This document shows positions 39,666-54,040 of a stretch of 64,000 nucleotides of DNA, one piece after another (the stretch's first letter is position 1; each line of letters starts with the position of its first letter). The notes under the pieces are model-generated. The model was not told the DNA's origin. It did no database searches and saw only the letters and a list, made by a program, of their open reading frames with translations. Both the position numbers and the translations under genes were made by a program. This stretch comes from Tubiluchus corallicola (lineage: Eukaryota; Animalia; Priapulida). The stretch covers positions 124,001 to 188,000 of the forward strand of contig JAQGDQ010000014.1 in the NCBI GenBank assembly GCA_030141605.1, given 5' to 3'.

Positions 39666-40329
39666 TTCGGCAATTTTATCTTACATTCTGCAAAGGGTAC
39701 TATGAGCGGTAGAACTCCCTATAACCGATGTCTTTATTGTCCTTCCACCTTCAAAATGACAAAAACATGTTAAGTGCGAAAACGAACCTGAGGTGCAGTT
39801 AACTGTACGGAATAATTCCATTTAGTAAAACAGCCGTTGAATAAAATGAACATACATTAAACCATAGCTATAGACTATGTGCAATAAATCTGTATTAGTC
39901 ACTATTTCTGTTATGACAAAACAAAGTTACGTTTGGGCTATTAATAGCAATAACATCCAAAGTATGCATAAAGTGCTGTAATTATAATACTTACAATTGA
40001 AAGTTCAAACAAGCAATTTCGATAAGTAGTTCGTAATTTCTAAGCATTAACTTAAAGTTAACAAAATAGCCAAATAATTATTGGACAATGAATATGAGGT
40101 CCATATAAAAAGGTAATTATAAAATGCGATACATGTTGATTTTTTTTATTACAAGGATAAAAATTGTGTAAAACTCGCGGCTTCACATCTTACTTGAACT
40201 TCTTCAACTTCCAGTCCTATGCGCACTACAATTTCAAAAGGATTAGCATTCTCAAAGACCAGCACAACATGCATGTCTCAGTCCCGTTTCAAGTTTTTAC
40301 TTTTTGTCATAGCTTTTTCTTTTTGGAAT

Positions 40330-40460
40330 CAGGGCCGGTGTTAGGAAGTGCGGGGCCTAATTAGAAAATTGTTAGTGGGGCCCTCTACCCTACAAAAGAT
40401 GTTTTATGCTTCGTGTAGTATCCACTCCTAGCCAAAAAGTGTTGAGGGCTTGAGGGTCCA
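40330..40460. mobile_element. Truncated cagggccgg-type MITE end
   Basis: cagggccggtgttagg...gcggggcct...ggggccct, the same terminal motif as the 12035 element. Confidence 0.4.
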
Positions 40461-40819
40461 CTATTAGCACAATGATGTCTATTTGCATTTATCTATGAAA
40501 TATTTAACGTTTTGTTAGTTGTTACAAGGCATAGTAAATTACTGACATACTATTTGCGCATGTACCTTCGAAAAACAGACGATAAACTGAAATTACAAAA
40601 CAAATGAATAAACAATCAGTAAAAAAACATTTAAACATATTTAACTATGTCTACCCATAACAATAATGTGTACAAAACTTCGTATTGCATTTAAGGAACA
40701 TCTCCAAAATTAGGCCTTGTTTACCAAAACCGGCCAGTGAAATTCTCATCTACGCATTTGTCAGTTCTCGATCAGACTTTTGTAATAGCACACTTTTTGG
40801 TATTCCTCAGGACCAGATT

Positions 40820-41430
40820 GATAAACTACAACATGTACGCAACACAAGGGCCTAAATTATTACAGGCACTCGTAAATATGATCACACAACTCCTGTTTTC
40901 ATGCAATTGCACTGGTTACCAGTTTCTTTCAGAATAAAATACAAAATTCTCTTATTAACATTCAAAGCTCTGAAGGATTTAGTGCCCTCGTATTTATCTG
41001 ATTTTTTGAAGCCATATGTGCCCAATCACAATCTTAGATCATTTAATTCATCGACAGTTGTTGTACCGCGTTATAATCTAGCCACATATAGTCCTCATAG
41101 TTTTAACATAGTGGCACCAAAATTATGCAATGATTTACCAATTCATGCAGGTGAAATCATATCAATAATGTTCAAAATTCAAATCATTCCTTTAAACTTA
41201 TTTTTATAAAGAAGCCTTTTTAATTAATTAGAAATTTTAGTATGGGCTTATGGATTTAATTATGGCTGATTTTTATAAACATGTATTATGATTTTGATTT
41301 TATTTATAACAGCCTATTGTGTATGTACTATTTACATGTTAATATTTTATGTATGTAAAATACACTTGTACATTTTTAATGTTAATGCATTTTAAATATT
41401 CAATAAATTATTAAAACATTATTATTAATC
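40820..41430 (+). mobile_element. L2-type LINE 3' fragment
   Basis: Encodes TTPVFMQLHWLPVSFRIKYKILLLTFKAL...PSYLSDFL...NLRS...SFNIVAPKLCNDLP, the typical L2 ORF2 C-terminus; AT-rich 3'UTR and tail. Confidence 0.8.
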
Positions 41431-41744
41431 AGGGGATGAGTTGGCTTGCAATGAAAAGGGCCTGGTTCAAATCCAAGCTTAATCCACAGTTTTTCTACTT
41501 TACATTTCTGTCGGTCAAGTCTGCTGGTTACCTTTAAAATTTAGTATTGTTGCCATGTGAGTTCATTGCATCATTTCCATGATATTATTGCATCAATGGT
41601 TACAGTTAGAGAATTTTAAAAGATCTTTCATTATCGATTTTCAGTTATAACTATTATAGATTATGGGTAAAATTTTGAAAAACAAATTTGATCTGAAAAA
41701 AGGTAAACACAGCAGTCTGTAGTAAATGTTACTCTGTCACAGAG

Positions 41745-42014
41745 ATGTTTAAGAAAAGAGGCGAAGTCGCATATACCAGCGATTTACCTACAGGGAGTTA
41801 CCATTATGGAAGGCAAAGAATCTACATTAATGAGAGCTTGACTCAAAAACGAAAACAACTGTTTTACGATGTTAAGCAGTTCAAAAAAGAAAAACATTTT
41901 AAATATTTGTGGACCAAAAATGGCAGAATTTTGTTAAAATACAATGATGAAAGTGAAGTGTTTGCCTTTGAAACAGAAACAGATTTTCGCAAAGTAGTGA
42001 ACAAAACAAATTAA
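41745..42014 (+). pseudogene. LINE ORF1 C-terminal fragment
   Basis: IYINESLT and KYLWTKNGRILLK motifs typical of CR1/L2-group ORF1 C-termini. Confidence 0.75.
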
Positions 42015-42039
42015 AGTGTAAAAAATGTAAATATTATCA

Positions 42040-45000
42040 ATGCCAGTTAGGCACCCTTGCAATAAATGTGCTAGACCCTGTAAATATAATGAAAATTCTA
42101 TTAACTGTGATAATTGTTATCAGTGGACCCATTTAAGGTGCACTGCTCTGACAATTAACCAACCAATTCAATATACTAGGAAGTAATAATGATATTTATT
42201 ATTGTATTAAATGCTTAAATGATATTTTCCCCTTCCAGGAACAAGAGAATGAGGATATACAAGAATTTTTTAGGATAGATGTATCCATGTCAACTCTGAC
42301 CAGTCTACCTTCTTTGCGTGAGTTTTCTACTTTTACTAACTTTTCCACTAATAATAATGATCCTGATAACTTTCTTCCTTATCAAGAAAGTAATTATTAT
42401 AAACTGTCAACTCTAACTAGTCAAGATGACTTAGCAAATACCAGTAAGGATTTCACTTTTGTGCATTTTAATGTCAGTAGTATAAACAAAAATTACACTA
42501 GTATGTTAGACGTTCTTTTACACTTTCAAAACCCTCCTGACATTATAGCATTAAGTGAAACCCGTTTAAAAAAAGATCATATTTTTCTCACACCCTTACC
42601 TGGGTATCAATTTATTCGTGACGATTCTACAACCAATGCAGGTGGTGTGGGATTGTATATCAGAAACTCTGTAATTTTTTCAGAAATGCCTAAATACAAA
42701 ATACACAACTCAGACTGTAAAAATGGCTCCACAAACCGTGTGCAACTGGAGAATATGTGGATTGAAATAGAAACTCCACCCAACATCAAAAACATTTTAT
42801 TTGGAGTCATCTACAGGCACCCAAATACTAACCTTGAAGAATTTCATGAAGAACTAGAAAGCAAATTATCCTTAATTAACAGAACTAACAAATTTTGCTA
42901 TATATGCGGTGACATAAATATTAACTTACTACATAGTGACAGCAAAACCTCAGTGACAAATTATACAAACATGTTATTCTCTAATAATTTTGTGCCAATT
43001 ATAACTAAACCAACAAGAATAACTCATCATCACACTAATACACTCATTGATCATATTTATACAAATGACCTCACCAACCACGTAACACCTGGAATTTTGC
43101 TTTATCAAGTAGCCGACCATCTTCCTATATTTGCAATTATAAAGCATACTAAACTGAAAATGAAATCCAACAAAATCACCACAAGAAATTTTAAAAATTC
43201 AACTGAACAAAATTTTTTAAATAACCTGCAGCTAGAATTAGCCGAAATAAATTTTAATGACTTGGAAACTAATGAGGGATTTAGCAAATTTAATGAAATA
43301 CTCTTCAATGTGTTTAATAATCATTTTCCTTTGCAAACCCTGTCTAGGAAAGACACTATTACATTTCAAAAACCATGGATCACTAAAGGAATTTTAAATA
43401 GTATTAAAACCAGATCACGCCTTTACAAATCACACAAACTCTCAAATAATTTATACAAACAAATCTACTACAAATCCTACTCAAATAAATTAAATCATGT
43501 CAAGGAATCATCAAAAAAACAATATTACACTGAAACATTGCAAAAACACAAGAATAACATGAAAAAAACTTGGGAAACAATAAACAGTATTATAAAAACT
43601 GATCCAAAAACACGTCAAACACCAAGTAAGTTAACAATAAATAATGTGGACTATACAGATACATATGATATTGCCAGTAAACTAAATGAGTTTTTTGTAA
43701 ATATAGGACCTGACATGGCTGCCAAAATACCTAAACCTAACGTTAATTTTACTGACTTTTTAAAAAAACCCTAACCCAAATTCTTTTTTCATTAATCCTA
43801 TTACTGAAAATGAAACATGCACACTTTTAAACACACTTAATTCAAACAAATCACCAGGACCACAAAATATACCAATATCCTTTTTAAATCTGCAAGTCAA
43901 ATTATTTCACCAATACTCACATTACTGTTTAATAAATCGGTTAATGCTGGAACTTTTCCAAATATATTAAAAATAGCAAAAGTTATTCCTTTATATAAAA
44001 CTGGCTCTCCACATGAACCTGGCAATTACAGACCAATATCTCTCTTATCACCAGTATCAAAAGTTTTTGAGAGGCTAATTTACAAGAGATTATACCAGTT
44101 TGTTGTGAAAAGTAATATCCTAAGTAAATACCAGTTTGGTTTCAGAAAAAATTATTCAACTGCCCTTGCTGTATCCGAATTAATAGACACGATCTCTCTA
44201 GACACAGACAAAAAATTACTGAATTGCGGAATATTTTTAGACTTATCAAAAGCTTTTGATACCGTACAGCATAGTATACTAATAGCCAAATTAAACCATT
44301 ATGGCATCAGAGGTCTACCTTTGCAACTAATTCAGTCATATCTAACTAACAGAAAACAATTCATATCTATTAACAATGTATCATCAGACTATAAACACAT
44401 ATCGTGTGGAGTGCCACAAGGCTCTAATTTAGGACCTCTTCTATTCTTAATTTATATTAACGATCTTCCCACATGCAGCAACTTTCGAACCCGAATATTT
44501 GCCGATGACACTAATTTGTTCATGTCTGACTCTAATATAAATAATCTGCAAAAATCTGTTAATGACGAAATGAAAAAAATAGACCTGTGGATGAGGGCAA
44601 ACCAGCTATCAATTAACTACAAAAAAACCAAATTTATGATAATCAACAATAAGCAAATTAACAATGCTAATAATCCAAAATTTCATATTATAATAAACAA
44701 ACACAAAATTGAAGAAACAGACAACATCAAATACTTGGGCCTACTCATTGATAATAAATTAACATGGGAACCACATATAAAACACATAACATACAAATTA
44801 AGTCGAATTACTGGAATAATTTTAAAAGTAAGGCACTACGTTGACCAATATATTCTGAAACTTCTATATAATTCGTTAGTTTTCCCTTATTTACAATATT
44901 TCATCTTAACATGGGGTACAGCTTTTGCATCAACTCAAAAATTAATACAGACACAACAAAACAAAATAGTAAAATTAATAACTTTTGCTCGCAAATATGA

Positions 45001-45346
45001 TCATGCTACACCATCGTTCGTAAAATTAAAAATTTTAAAAGTAAGAGATATTTACAATCTTGAGTTGTTCAAATTTATGTATAAATTCAATGCTGGTTTA
45101 TTACCCGAACTTTTTAGAGAATATTTCACTAATGTTTCTGATATACATTCCTACTCCACAAGAGCTGCTTCTAATGAACAGTATTTTGTGGAGAGATTTC
45201 TTACCCGACATGGTTTCAATAGCTTAAAATCACGAGGAGTTAAATTATGGAACTCGTTGCCAAAAGATACCTTTGGCGGTAGCTTATTTTCTGCTTCCAA
45301 AAAATACACAAAATTCTTACTAAATGAATATACCTGTAATACATAA
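42040..45346 (+). pseudogene. LINE ORF2 (PHD finger + APE endonuclease + reverse transcriptase) with three frameshifts
   Basis: ATG 42040 MPVRHPCNKC...CDNC...HLRC, frameshift at aaccaacc (~42160), then YYCIKC in frame with ORF 42287; further shifts near 43770 (A-run) and ~43888 (T/A-run) link to ORF 44105-45346. Confidence 0.88.
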
Positions 45347-46517
45347 CTTGTAAGACTAATAAGCAAGCTATCAAGTGTGTTTTTTTCTTCTCATCTCCTA
45401 AGTAATTGTTGCTCTTTCTTATACTTACTTTTTCTCTTAAATTTTCTATATTACACTTTTTTTTGATACTTATTTTATCTCTCCATACAGTCAAAATCCC
45501 CTGTCAATAAGGCCCCTATATGAAAATATATATAATAATCATAATTACTTGTATTGTTTTGTTTAGATTTTGGTGTCATCTAACTTTATTATTTTTTGTT
45601 TTCACTTATACTGTTTTCATTTATACTTTGTTTTCATTTATACTGTTTATTATTATTATTTCTTTTCCTATTTGATTTTGTTATCCGCAGTCTCACCATT
45701 TACTTTTAATATACTAATTTAATTATTAGACAGGGCAGGAGACTAGATGACCCTATGGTCCTTCCCTGCCCTGCTCCACTACTATAATTAAGTAATAACT
45801 AAAAAAACTTGTCATGTCAAACAAATGGAGAAAATAAATGTTCTATGTCTATGTCTATGTCTGTCAACTTAACAGTCGCGTCTGTCAGCCCGCCATAGTT
45901 TTGCTCTTTGCCGCTTTACCCTTATTCAGTTATAATTATACTTCTAGATGACAGCACCAGTGCTACAAGGAGAGAGTAGATGAGACCTAATGCGGTCCTG
46001 TACTTAGTCACATGTGAAATTGTCATTCACTTTTAATTACAATGACTAATTAATTTTATACTTATAGTGTTTGTTGAGGCATAAAATTTATGACTTTTAA
46101 TGTAAGTATTGATTAAATAAATGCTGATCTTTGACTTTTGGAACCTAATTATAGTTATAAGTCCAAATTAGCAACAACGATTCAAGATTGTTTATTTCAT
46201 ATCAACACAAATACAAAATTAATACTTTAAACGAAACAAAAAGTTTTCAATAATTCAATGGTTGACAAGCAGTAAGATACATAATAAGAAGCAAATTTGG
46301 AAAAAAATGATTAGCTGCCCACTTAAATGTTTTGTGTTGTAGATATTAAAGAAGACTTATTATTTGCGTGCTTATTTGCTCTTAGTGTGTTGGTGTTATT
46401 GGGCGTAATAGAAAGATCGCAAGCCGAGTTTACCCCTACCCAACTTGATGACGCAACACACATTCTCCTAAACTCCCTCGCTGTAAGTGCTTACAGCATG
46501 TAAATACATGAAAAACA

Positions 46518-46830
46518 CGGAAAAAATTTGGTACTAGTAAATTTGGTCCTAGTAATTTCGGTACGAGGAAATTCTGGTACTGGGAAAATTTGCTGTTAGA
46601 AATTCTAGTACAGCAAAATTTTACAACTAGGAATATTGGGTACAGAGAAAATGTGGTACGGGTAAGATTTAATACAGTACTGGCAAAGGTTGGCAAGCAT
46701 TTTTGGTACAAGTAAATCTGGTACAAGGTAAAAATGATACGGAACGGATGTGGTACTACGAAAGTTTAGTACTGGAAAAGTTACGCTTGTACTAGGAAAA
46801 TATAGTACAGAGAAAATATGGTACAAGGAA
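46518..46830. repeat. Degenerate tandem array of ~15-bp units (aaatttggtactag)
   Basis: Repeated aaa.t.tggtac.. units; likely one arm of a foldback-type element. Confidence 0.7.
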
Positions 46831-48603
46831 AGTATCTTTTATAAAATCTACAAAATGATCATACTTTTAAGATCATATTAGACATTATGAATGATCAGTC
46901 TTAAAGACTTATATAAGCAATTAGGGTTTACACAACATAAGTTAATTACTCCAGATAAACTGTGAATAACAATTAAAGAAACCAAATATGGGATGTTCAA
47001 CCTTAGTAAACATTAATGCAATAGTAGCATTTGGCAATCTCTTGTAGTAGCACAAAAGCTTTGATTAAAAAAATAGGAAACTAATTACCTTGAGACAGAC
47101 AGCATTTTTATTAATTTGAAGGCTCAGCTCATGCTATCTACCTAGCTGTGAGAGATTTTTCAGCGGCAGGTTTGCTTGAGTTTTTTGGCTTGGAAAAACT
47201 GATAAATCTGACTGCTTTTAATCTTTCCATGCATTATACGTCTACATAACTATTATTCAAGCATAATGTTTCACCACTATAATTTCTTTGTACTACTGCT
47301 AGACAAATTTTAGTTGCAGAAATCTTGTATGGCTGGAGAAAATAAAAATAATAATAATATCCACTTGACCTTAACTCTTGCAGTATATTTCAATGCATTT
47401 TCTGCCTGTGTTTGTGAGTCGCTTATGTTGTGCAAGTCAGATGAAGGAGAAGGGAAAACAAAGGGAATGCTAATTGGCCATCACAAGAGGGACCGCCGCT
47501 GGTTGACTGACATTTTGCAATCTATGTATCCTCTGCCCAAATCTTAGTTCTTTGCTGAAATTTGATGAGACGTCATAATACCGAATAGTTTATTTGTCTC
47601 AGTTTAGCATAGCAGATATAACACTAATAAGTAACTGTGACAACCAAGTGAGACACGGTGACGAAAAGACCAAAAGGTCATCTGGTCTGCTATCCGTCTT
47701 GGCCCTCTACTAATATGATAACAAAAGACAAATGTGCACTATGAGCTAGGTGAAATAACGTTCTCTTGTACATAAAAGCATAAAATATTAATTGTCAGAA
47801 TAGAAACATTAAACATTAGGCTTACGATTAATGAAAACTGGTCACTTAATAATAGCTTTGTATCTGATCATGTGGTGCTTCATATCTGGTTATAAAGATC
47901 TGTATAAAAAGTAACTAAAAGCAATAGTTTTTTTGAGTTACATAAATTTATAAGAGAGTATATTTTAAAAGTTATCCATGCGATAATATGAAGCATATTA
48001 TAAATATTCCTATGTATGTTCATAACATAATATAAATATACTTATATATCTAAATGTATATTCATAACATTCAGTAAATTTTACGCAAAACACTTTACTG
48101 AAGTTTAGCATGCATTATTCGCAATGGAATATAAACAGACCTCATTAATTGAGGTATTTATAGATGGTTTTAAGAACAGCAGGTTGATGCACATTATTAT
48201 AAGAAGTGCAGTAATGATGAGTCTCTTGATCGCATTGTTATAGTGTAATATGGTAAACTGGAAATCTTGATTTAACGAAGACAACATGTACAGTATAATG
48301 ATTCTTAAGCTGTTTAAATGAACAAAGGCAGTGAACAAAAAAAAACAAGTTAGAAACTTAAAAAGCAGGAAATTTTATGACACTTTTTTGTGTGGTATAC
48401 TTTTGTTTATTTGTTAATGACAAACAAGTTAGATTTGTGTTTCCATCCGGTACCAACACGTTGTTTATTTCTCGTGCCTGATAAGTTTACCCTATTCTGA
48501 AAGTGAAAATGCAAACATTATTGTTAATACAATACCCTTTTTTTAAGAATTTAAAATTTAAATCCCACCTTCTGCTGTACACTTTTATAGTAAGTACCTA
48601 TTG

Positions 48604-48700
48604 TAGATCCTTATATTTTAATATTTAAAGAACTATTTCAAGCCACTAGCTATTCTAGATCCTTATATTTTAATATTTAAAGAACTATTTCAGGCCACTA
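48604..48700. repeat. Two-copy ~52-bp tandem duplication
   Basis: tagatccttatattttaatatttaaagaactatttca.gccacta occurs twice in tandem. Confidence 0.8.
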
Positions 48701-51700
48701 ACAAAGATAAGTATATAAATTGATGTTATGTTAAATATATGTTAAATTTGTTATATGCTAAAAAATATGTTAAATTTAACAACACGGAGAAATGTTCCCT
48801 AGTTCCTATGCTGTATTAATAGTGCTCAGTGTGGTACCTAGGCTGACATGGCTAACTCGTTGATAAAGCATGCAATATAAGTAATTAAGAAGATTGGCAG
48901 ATAAGGGCAAAAACTCAGTGAAATGTGCTGCCTAACAAAACCCTAACTTTTGTGAGTCATAATTCATGTATTCAGGCCCCTTAGCCTGTAGTAATGGAAT
49001 ATTTATTATTGAAATTAGTTGCAGTTAGTGTAGTTAGTTGAAAAGTACCAGTGGTTTCTTTTTATTTGCAAATGAAAATGATTTTAGTTTTTTCACTGCT
49101 GCTGAACCTTAATTCCCGGGTAGCCGATGGACAGACAGGATTAAGGAAAAGGGTACTTTTCTACCCGCGTAAACACTAAGTTAGATGCAAGTTTGTTACT
49201 TGATTTCAAGATGAAATTTGTACTGTACGACATGAATAAGTGGAACTGCTGCTCTGCAGTATCTGTCATACAAAATGATTTTCATTTCTTGATTTTAAAT
49301 AAGTTTTACTTCATTTCACCTGAGTTTCGTACTTAATCATGTACAATAGAAACGAATCTCCTGATGTTTTATCTGCCCAAAAATGTAGCAGTGCTGTTAA
49401 GAAGTTAAGTTAGCAAATATCTTGATATTGATTTTGTTTCATGCTGACTTGTAATTCCTCAGAAGAGAACTGCTGTCTTTCCAGAAACTTATAAATTATA
49501 AAATCAACTGCCTACCATTTCTGGTAACTATCAATATAACATGCATAGATACTGTTATATGATTAACAAAATGTAAGGGTTAAAATACTGTAATATGATA
49601 AAATACCAAGCTTTAACAGTGCTTGAATGACACTAAAATTTAAAGTGTGTCCAGGCATACACATATTATGAATGTATAAGGCACAGTTTGTCATTGATTT
49701 TATTTAGTTTCTGAAATGGATTTTCATTTTTAGTATTTTTCAGACATAGATGTTATAGGTGCCACTGGAAATGTGATGTTATGAGTTTACTAGATTGCTA
49801 ATTTTCGCTTTTGACAATTTGCTGAAGCTGTGTGCACCATTATGTTGTTCTCTAAAGTGCCAAAGTAAGTCAATATCAACTTGTACAATGACATTTTATA
49901 AATTACTGATATGTTGTAGTCACTGTTTTTGCTGAATTAACGTCAGACATATTGGTCTATCGCTCTGCCCCAGCTGTAACGTAAGCACGTTCAGCAGCAA
50001 CGGCTCACGCGGGACAACAACTGTCTAAGCTAAACTAAACTAAATTAAACAACATGACAGTCACAACTAATGTCTCTTCAGCAGATATACTGATTGCACT
50101 TTTTCGTAAACACAAATTTGCAGACCAGCAGCTATTTTTGCATGAAATTAACTTCAAATAGCCAAAAAATGACTTTTCAATTTAAACAGAATGTAGAGAT
50201 GAAGTTTCAAAGCACTACAAAATACAGAGACATGAGTATAAGCCAGTTAGCCTTGGTTTACAATAAATGAGCTACAAAAGTATTGTCTCTCCTGCCTTTG
50301 AACATACGCACATCATGCCTGCGATGTATATTTCTATATGAACTTATCATGTGCTAGTTTGCAAGATTTATTCAGTTTTGTATTTTTCCCTTTGTTAGGA
50401 TTTGGAAGTGGAATAAATTTGATTGTTCCATTCCATAGACGATCCTTAATCCTTATATTGAATGTCTGAGTTAAGTAAGTCCCAGTGGCATCTTTTAACC
50501 ATGATTATAACCAGAAGAATAGCGTAAAATTAATTAATATTACATTGATGTATAATATAAGTTTTGACCACATTTGAATTAATTTTGAGTGTGAAGATCT
50601 CATTGAAGTTTATAAAAACAGGCCAGAATAGAAAACATTTTGTTTTGTCCTTATTTAAAGTTAATCAAATAGTTGTAAATTGCAAAGGAAAATACTAAAC
50701 TAAACTGCATATTTTCTTGATTGCAAAATGGTTCAATCAGCAACTCGTAGACATAAGCATGGTGCATTTCTTCCTGTCAACGAAACTGGACTGTATATTT
50801 TCACTAATTCACTTGCAATTTCAATTGACAATAACAAAATCTAGAATCAGGCCAATATTTCTCCCGCTATCTAATGAAAAGTTGAGCATTTTTATAACAG
50901 TATTAGAGGCAGCTGTAGCTAAATGCCCGGAACGCACCTTATTTAATTAATCTCTGCAGGGGTGCGAAAAAACTTGCACTGATTGGGCAGTCAACGAAAA
51001 TGATTGACATTATATTAGATGTCAATTGTAATGATGGTACGATTGATATCGAATATCGGAAGAATCAGGTATTTTCTGGTAATCAGAACTGAGGGAAGTT
51101 TGTCACTGTTTTCGATTCTTTAGTCTGTTCTTTAACAACAAAAGTAATTTTTTGTTTTATGTAATAACTGAATTGGTTTAAACAATTAACAATTAAGTAT
51201 TATTATACTTTAATTTTGTTTAACTTTGCTAAGTTTGATTTTGTTTGCTACAAAATAACAATAAAGTTATTTTGCATTACCAGTAGGGATGTGCAAGAGT
51301 AAACAAGCACGTTCTGGGCAGTATGAAAACCAGAAACTATGACAGGAAATAATATTTCAAATTCAAAAGTTTATTTATCTCCAATAAAATGTTCATAAGA
51401 CAATTGCAACAAATTGTGTAAAGTGTGTAGAGATGGAGTGGCGAAAGAACAGGAGGTCATCAAGTCAGCTACCCGTAATCATTAAGATAGATTACCATAT
51501 ACTACCAGAACTAACAAACAACCGGTTTTTTATTACCTGTTTAGTATTTTTAGACTATTTAAAATATGAATTTTATTTGAATTATAAGATTACAGATTAA
51601 GTCATATTGACTTATATAATGGAGTGTTTTCAGGTTTCTGTTGGAAGATTAAACTTGGTTTGTGAAATGTATTCTATTTCTATAATTAATCTTATTATTC

Positions 51701-52210
51701 TATTGATAATAATTTACCATCCTCATAAATTGTTAAGAAATAATTTGTATTTGGTAAAAAAATGATGTGTTGTAGAAAACTAATTGCCCGTCTGTTAGGA
51801 TGCAGCCCGTGCTGCAACAATCAAAATTAAATCTGATTAGTTAGCATTATCTTAGTCTGAGCAATCTAACATTAGAAATGCTGAATTTGGTTGGCCACGA
51901 GGGATGAACTTTGGACTGCTTGACCACTGGGAGATGCAGTGGCCTAGTGATTAATGCACCTGCAATTGTATGCCCAATTGCATTTTTGAAAATATTTGGT
52001 TTGTTTTGTTTTGAAGCTGTCTGGGAAAGATGTGGATACTTTAAAGAAAAGATTACTTCACTGTAATCTTTGGGGATACATCAGAGATTTAAAATTAATA
52101 TGTACTCAGATGATTAGTTACCGATATACTAATGTAATTGAAGACTAGCACTCCTCACTTCTGTCAGTTTTTACTAACTACATGTCATATCAAATTAAAA
52201 TTAATTTCAG

Positions 52211-52360
52211 AGAATATAAGTCATTAATTGAAGACATTGAAAATGATGATGAGCGCCTTCAACGTCAGCTGAGATTAAAAAGTGCAGTGCTAATTTCTCA
52301 CCAAGAAGCTATCAGCCATCAGTGGGAATTGATTAAAAGATGGGAGCCTAAATCAGACAC
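52211..52360 (+). CDS. TMEM126: TMEM126-like gene, upstream coding exon
   Basis: Acceptor tttcag, donor AC|gtatgc (phase 2) joins in frame to exon 54041. Start codon uncertain: ATG 52182, or an upstream exon near 51019-51068 ending AG|gtattt. Confidence 0.6.
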
Positions 52361-54040
52361 GTATGCTGCTTGTTATTTTAGAAATTCGTATAATTTATTT
52401 TAAACACTGCTATTGCCTTTTTGTAAAATGTAATTGCAATCATCTGGCATCATAAATTATCACTTTTTTGTAATTACCAACCTTATCAAAGTTTTGGTTT
52501 TTAAGCTAAACTTAAGTATTGTGTGAATGTTCCTGGTATCCCTCACTTCCCCAGTATTCTAGGATTAATCGTATTCATCATCAAATGTAAATTACATGTA
52601 ATGTAGACATATAGGGCAGACAGAATTCTAAAATAAAAGAAATCTGTGCTCAAGACAGGTAATCACAGCAGTAATTCAGCACCACTTCTGACATTTGATT
52701 AATTACGTCTTTTGTTACCAGGACTCAGTTCACTGCTGCTAAATTTGTGAAAAATACGTTCTATTTTTGAACGTTATAATAACGGCTCGTTGTGTATATC
52801 AAAAAAATTTTTTTAGATTCATCATCGGTGAGTTAATTTTATTGATTAGATTTTATAAATTGTTTAGTAATTGTTATGTATTACACTAATTTATTTTTAC
52901 TACTTTTTATACTTTATTGCTGAAACAACTGGTGCAGATGCACTTCAAAAAGTTTTTAATAAGAACATAATTTTGTTCTATATCTGCAAATGGACATCTG
53001 CACATTGTCCTAAGTGCACTTTCTAGGTACTGTTGCATGTTTCCAGAAACAATTGATAATCAAAACTGACATGAAGCAGCATTAGATTGTGGACCAGTCT
53101 TTCTGAAGTCTACTACACAAACATATATTATATGAAGAATACAAATATTCTTAAACACATACAGGCTAAGAGCGACATCAAAGCATGTCCTGTCCGAGAA
53201 GTATTTAACATCTTAAGTCGTGGCTTTTTAGGGCAAAGTTTTCAAGTTTTAACCTTTACTGTATTAGCAATTTATTTTGATTTTGAGGTTATAATTATCT
53301 AAACTTTTCTATTGTTCTCTAAAGAATTTGAGTTTGTGCACCATTTTAGATAATGTAGACCTGTAGTAGTTTCTATTTTCTAATACCTGTGCTTACGTAT
53401 CTTCTCAATGCTGTAGCCTCTAAACTGTAGAACTTAAAAAGTCCTACAGTCTGTTATTACTATAAGCTTTAGGATTATGATGATTAAATAAGAATACTAT
53501 TAACACTACAAGGACTAGAAAAATTTACTACCTAGAAGGACCATCATGCCAGTTGATGCAATCATAGTTTTCATTCCTATACAAAAATAAAACTAGTAGT
53601 TATTATTCAGATTTTATTAAAATTCAGTGATACATCAGAAAATTGTAGACTTAAAACAAAATACAGTGTCAAAATTAATTCGCTGATTTTCATGCACTGA
53701 TGTATGTTTACATGTTTACATTCACATTTACTACTGAGATGTAAGTACATTGTGTTGATTTTCAATGTACAATATATATTGGTGTCAATTGATGCAGATG
53801 TCCTTCTAGGTAGTAGCCTTTTTCAACTATGAATAGTAATATTTCAGTCCTGAAATTCTGTTGAATAAGTAGCTAGCACTGCACTAGGAAAAGTAATTAA
53901 AAAACAGGAGTGAATCCTCCAGAGATTCCAGTGATATGCACAAAATAAACAAAATGCTATCAGTTGACGTGCCTGGTCCTTCTAGCATTAATAATACTAC
54001 ATAGTCAGTTGAAGGTGCATATTTAGTCTTGTTTTTGCAG

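Larger units (their letters stand above)
41740..45859 (+). mobile_element. 5'-truncated CR1/L2-group LINE retrotransposon (ORF1 C-terminus, PHD-endonuclease-RT ORF2, 3'UTR with hairpin and (ctatgt)n tail)
   Basis: ORF1 tail RIYINESLT...KYLWTKNGRILLK; ORF2 APE motifs (HFNVSS, IALSETRL, GGVGLYI, IYRHPN, GDININL, IDHI, DH) and RT motifs (NYRPISLL, QFGFRK, FLDLSKAFDTV, GVPQGSNLGP, FADD, KYLG); 3' hairpin cagggcagg...cctgccctg; candidate TSD tctgtca at 41733-41739 / 45860-45866. Confidence 0.95.

Noticed and set aside
42040-42051. Second MPVR start resembling the Dlg N-terminus
   Set aside because: Wrong strand, and it is the start of the LINE ORF2 PHD region; coincidence.
47089-47299. Coding upstream exon of Dlg
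   Set aside because: Donor and acceptor-like sites are present, but joining to 39687 meets an in-frame TAA before the ATG; at most a UTR exon, unsupported without transcripts.
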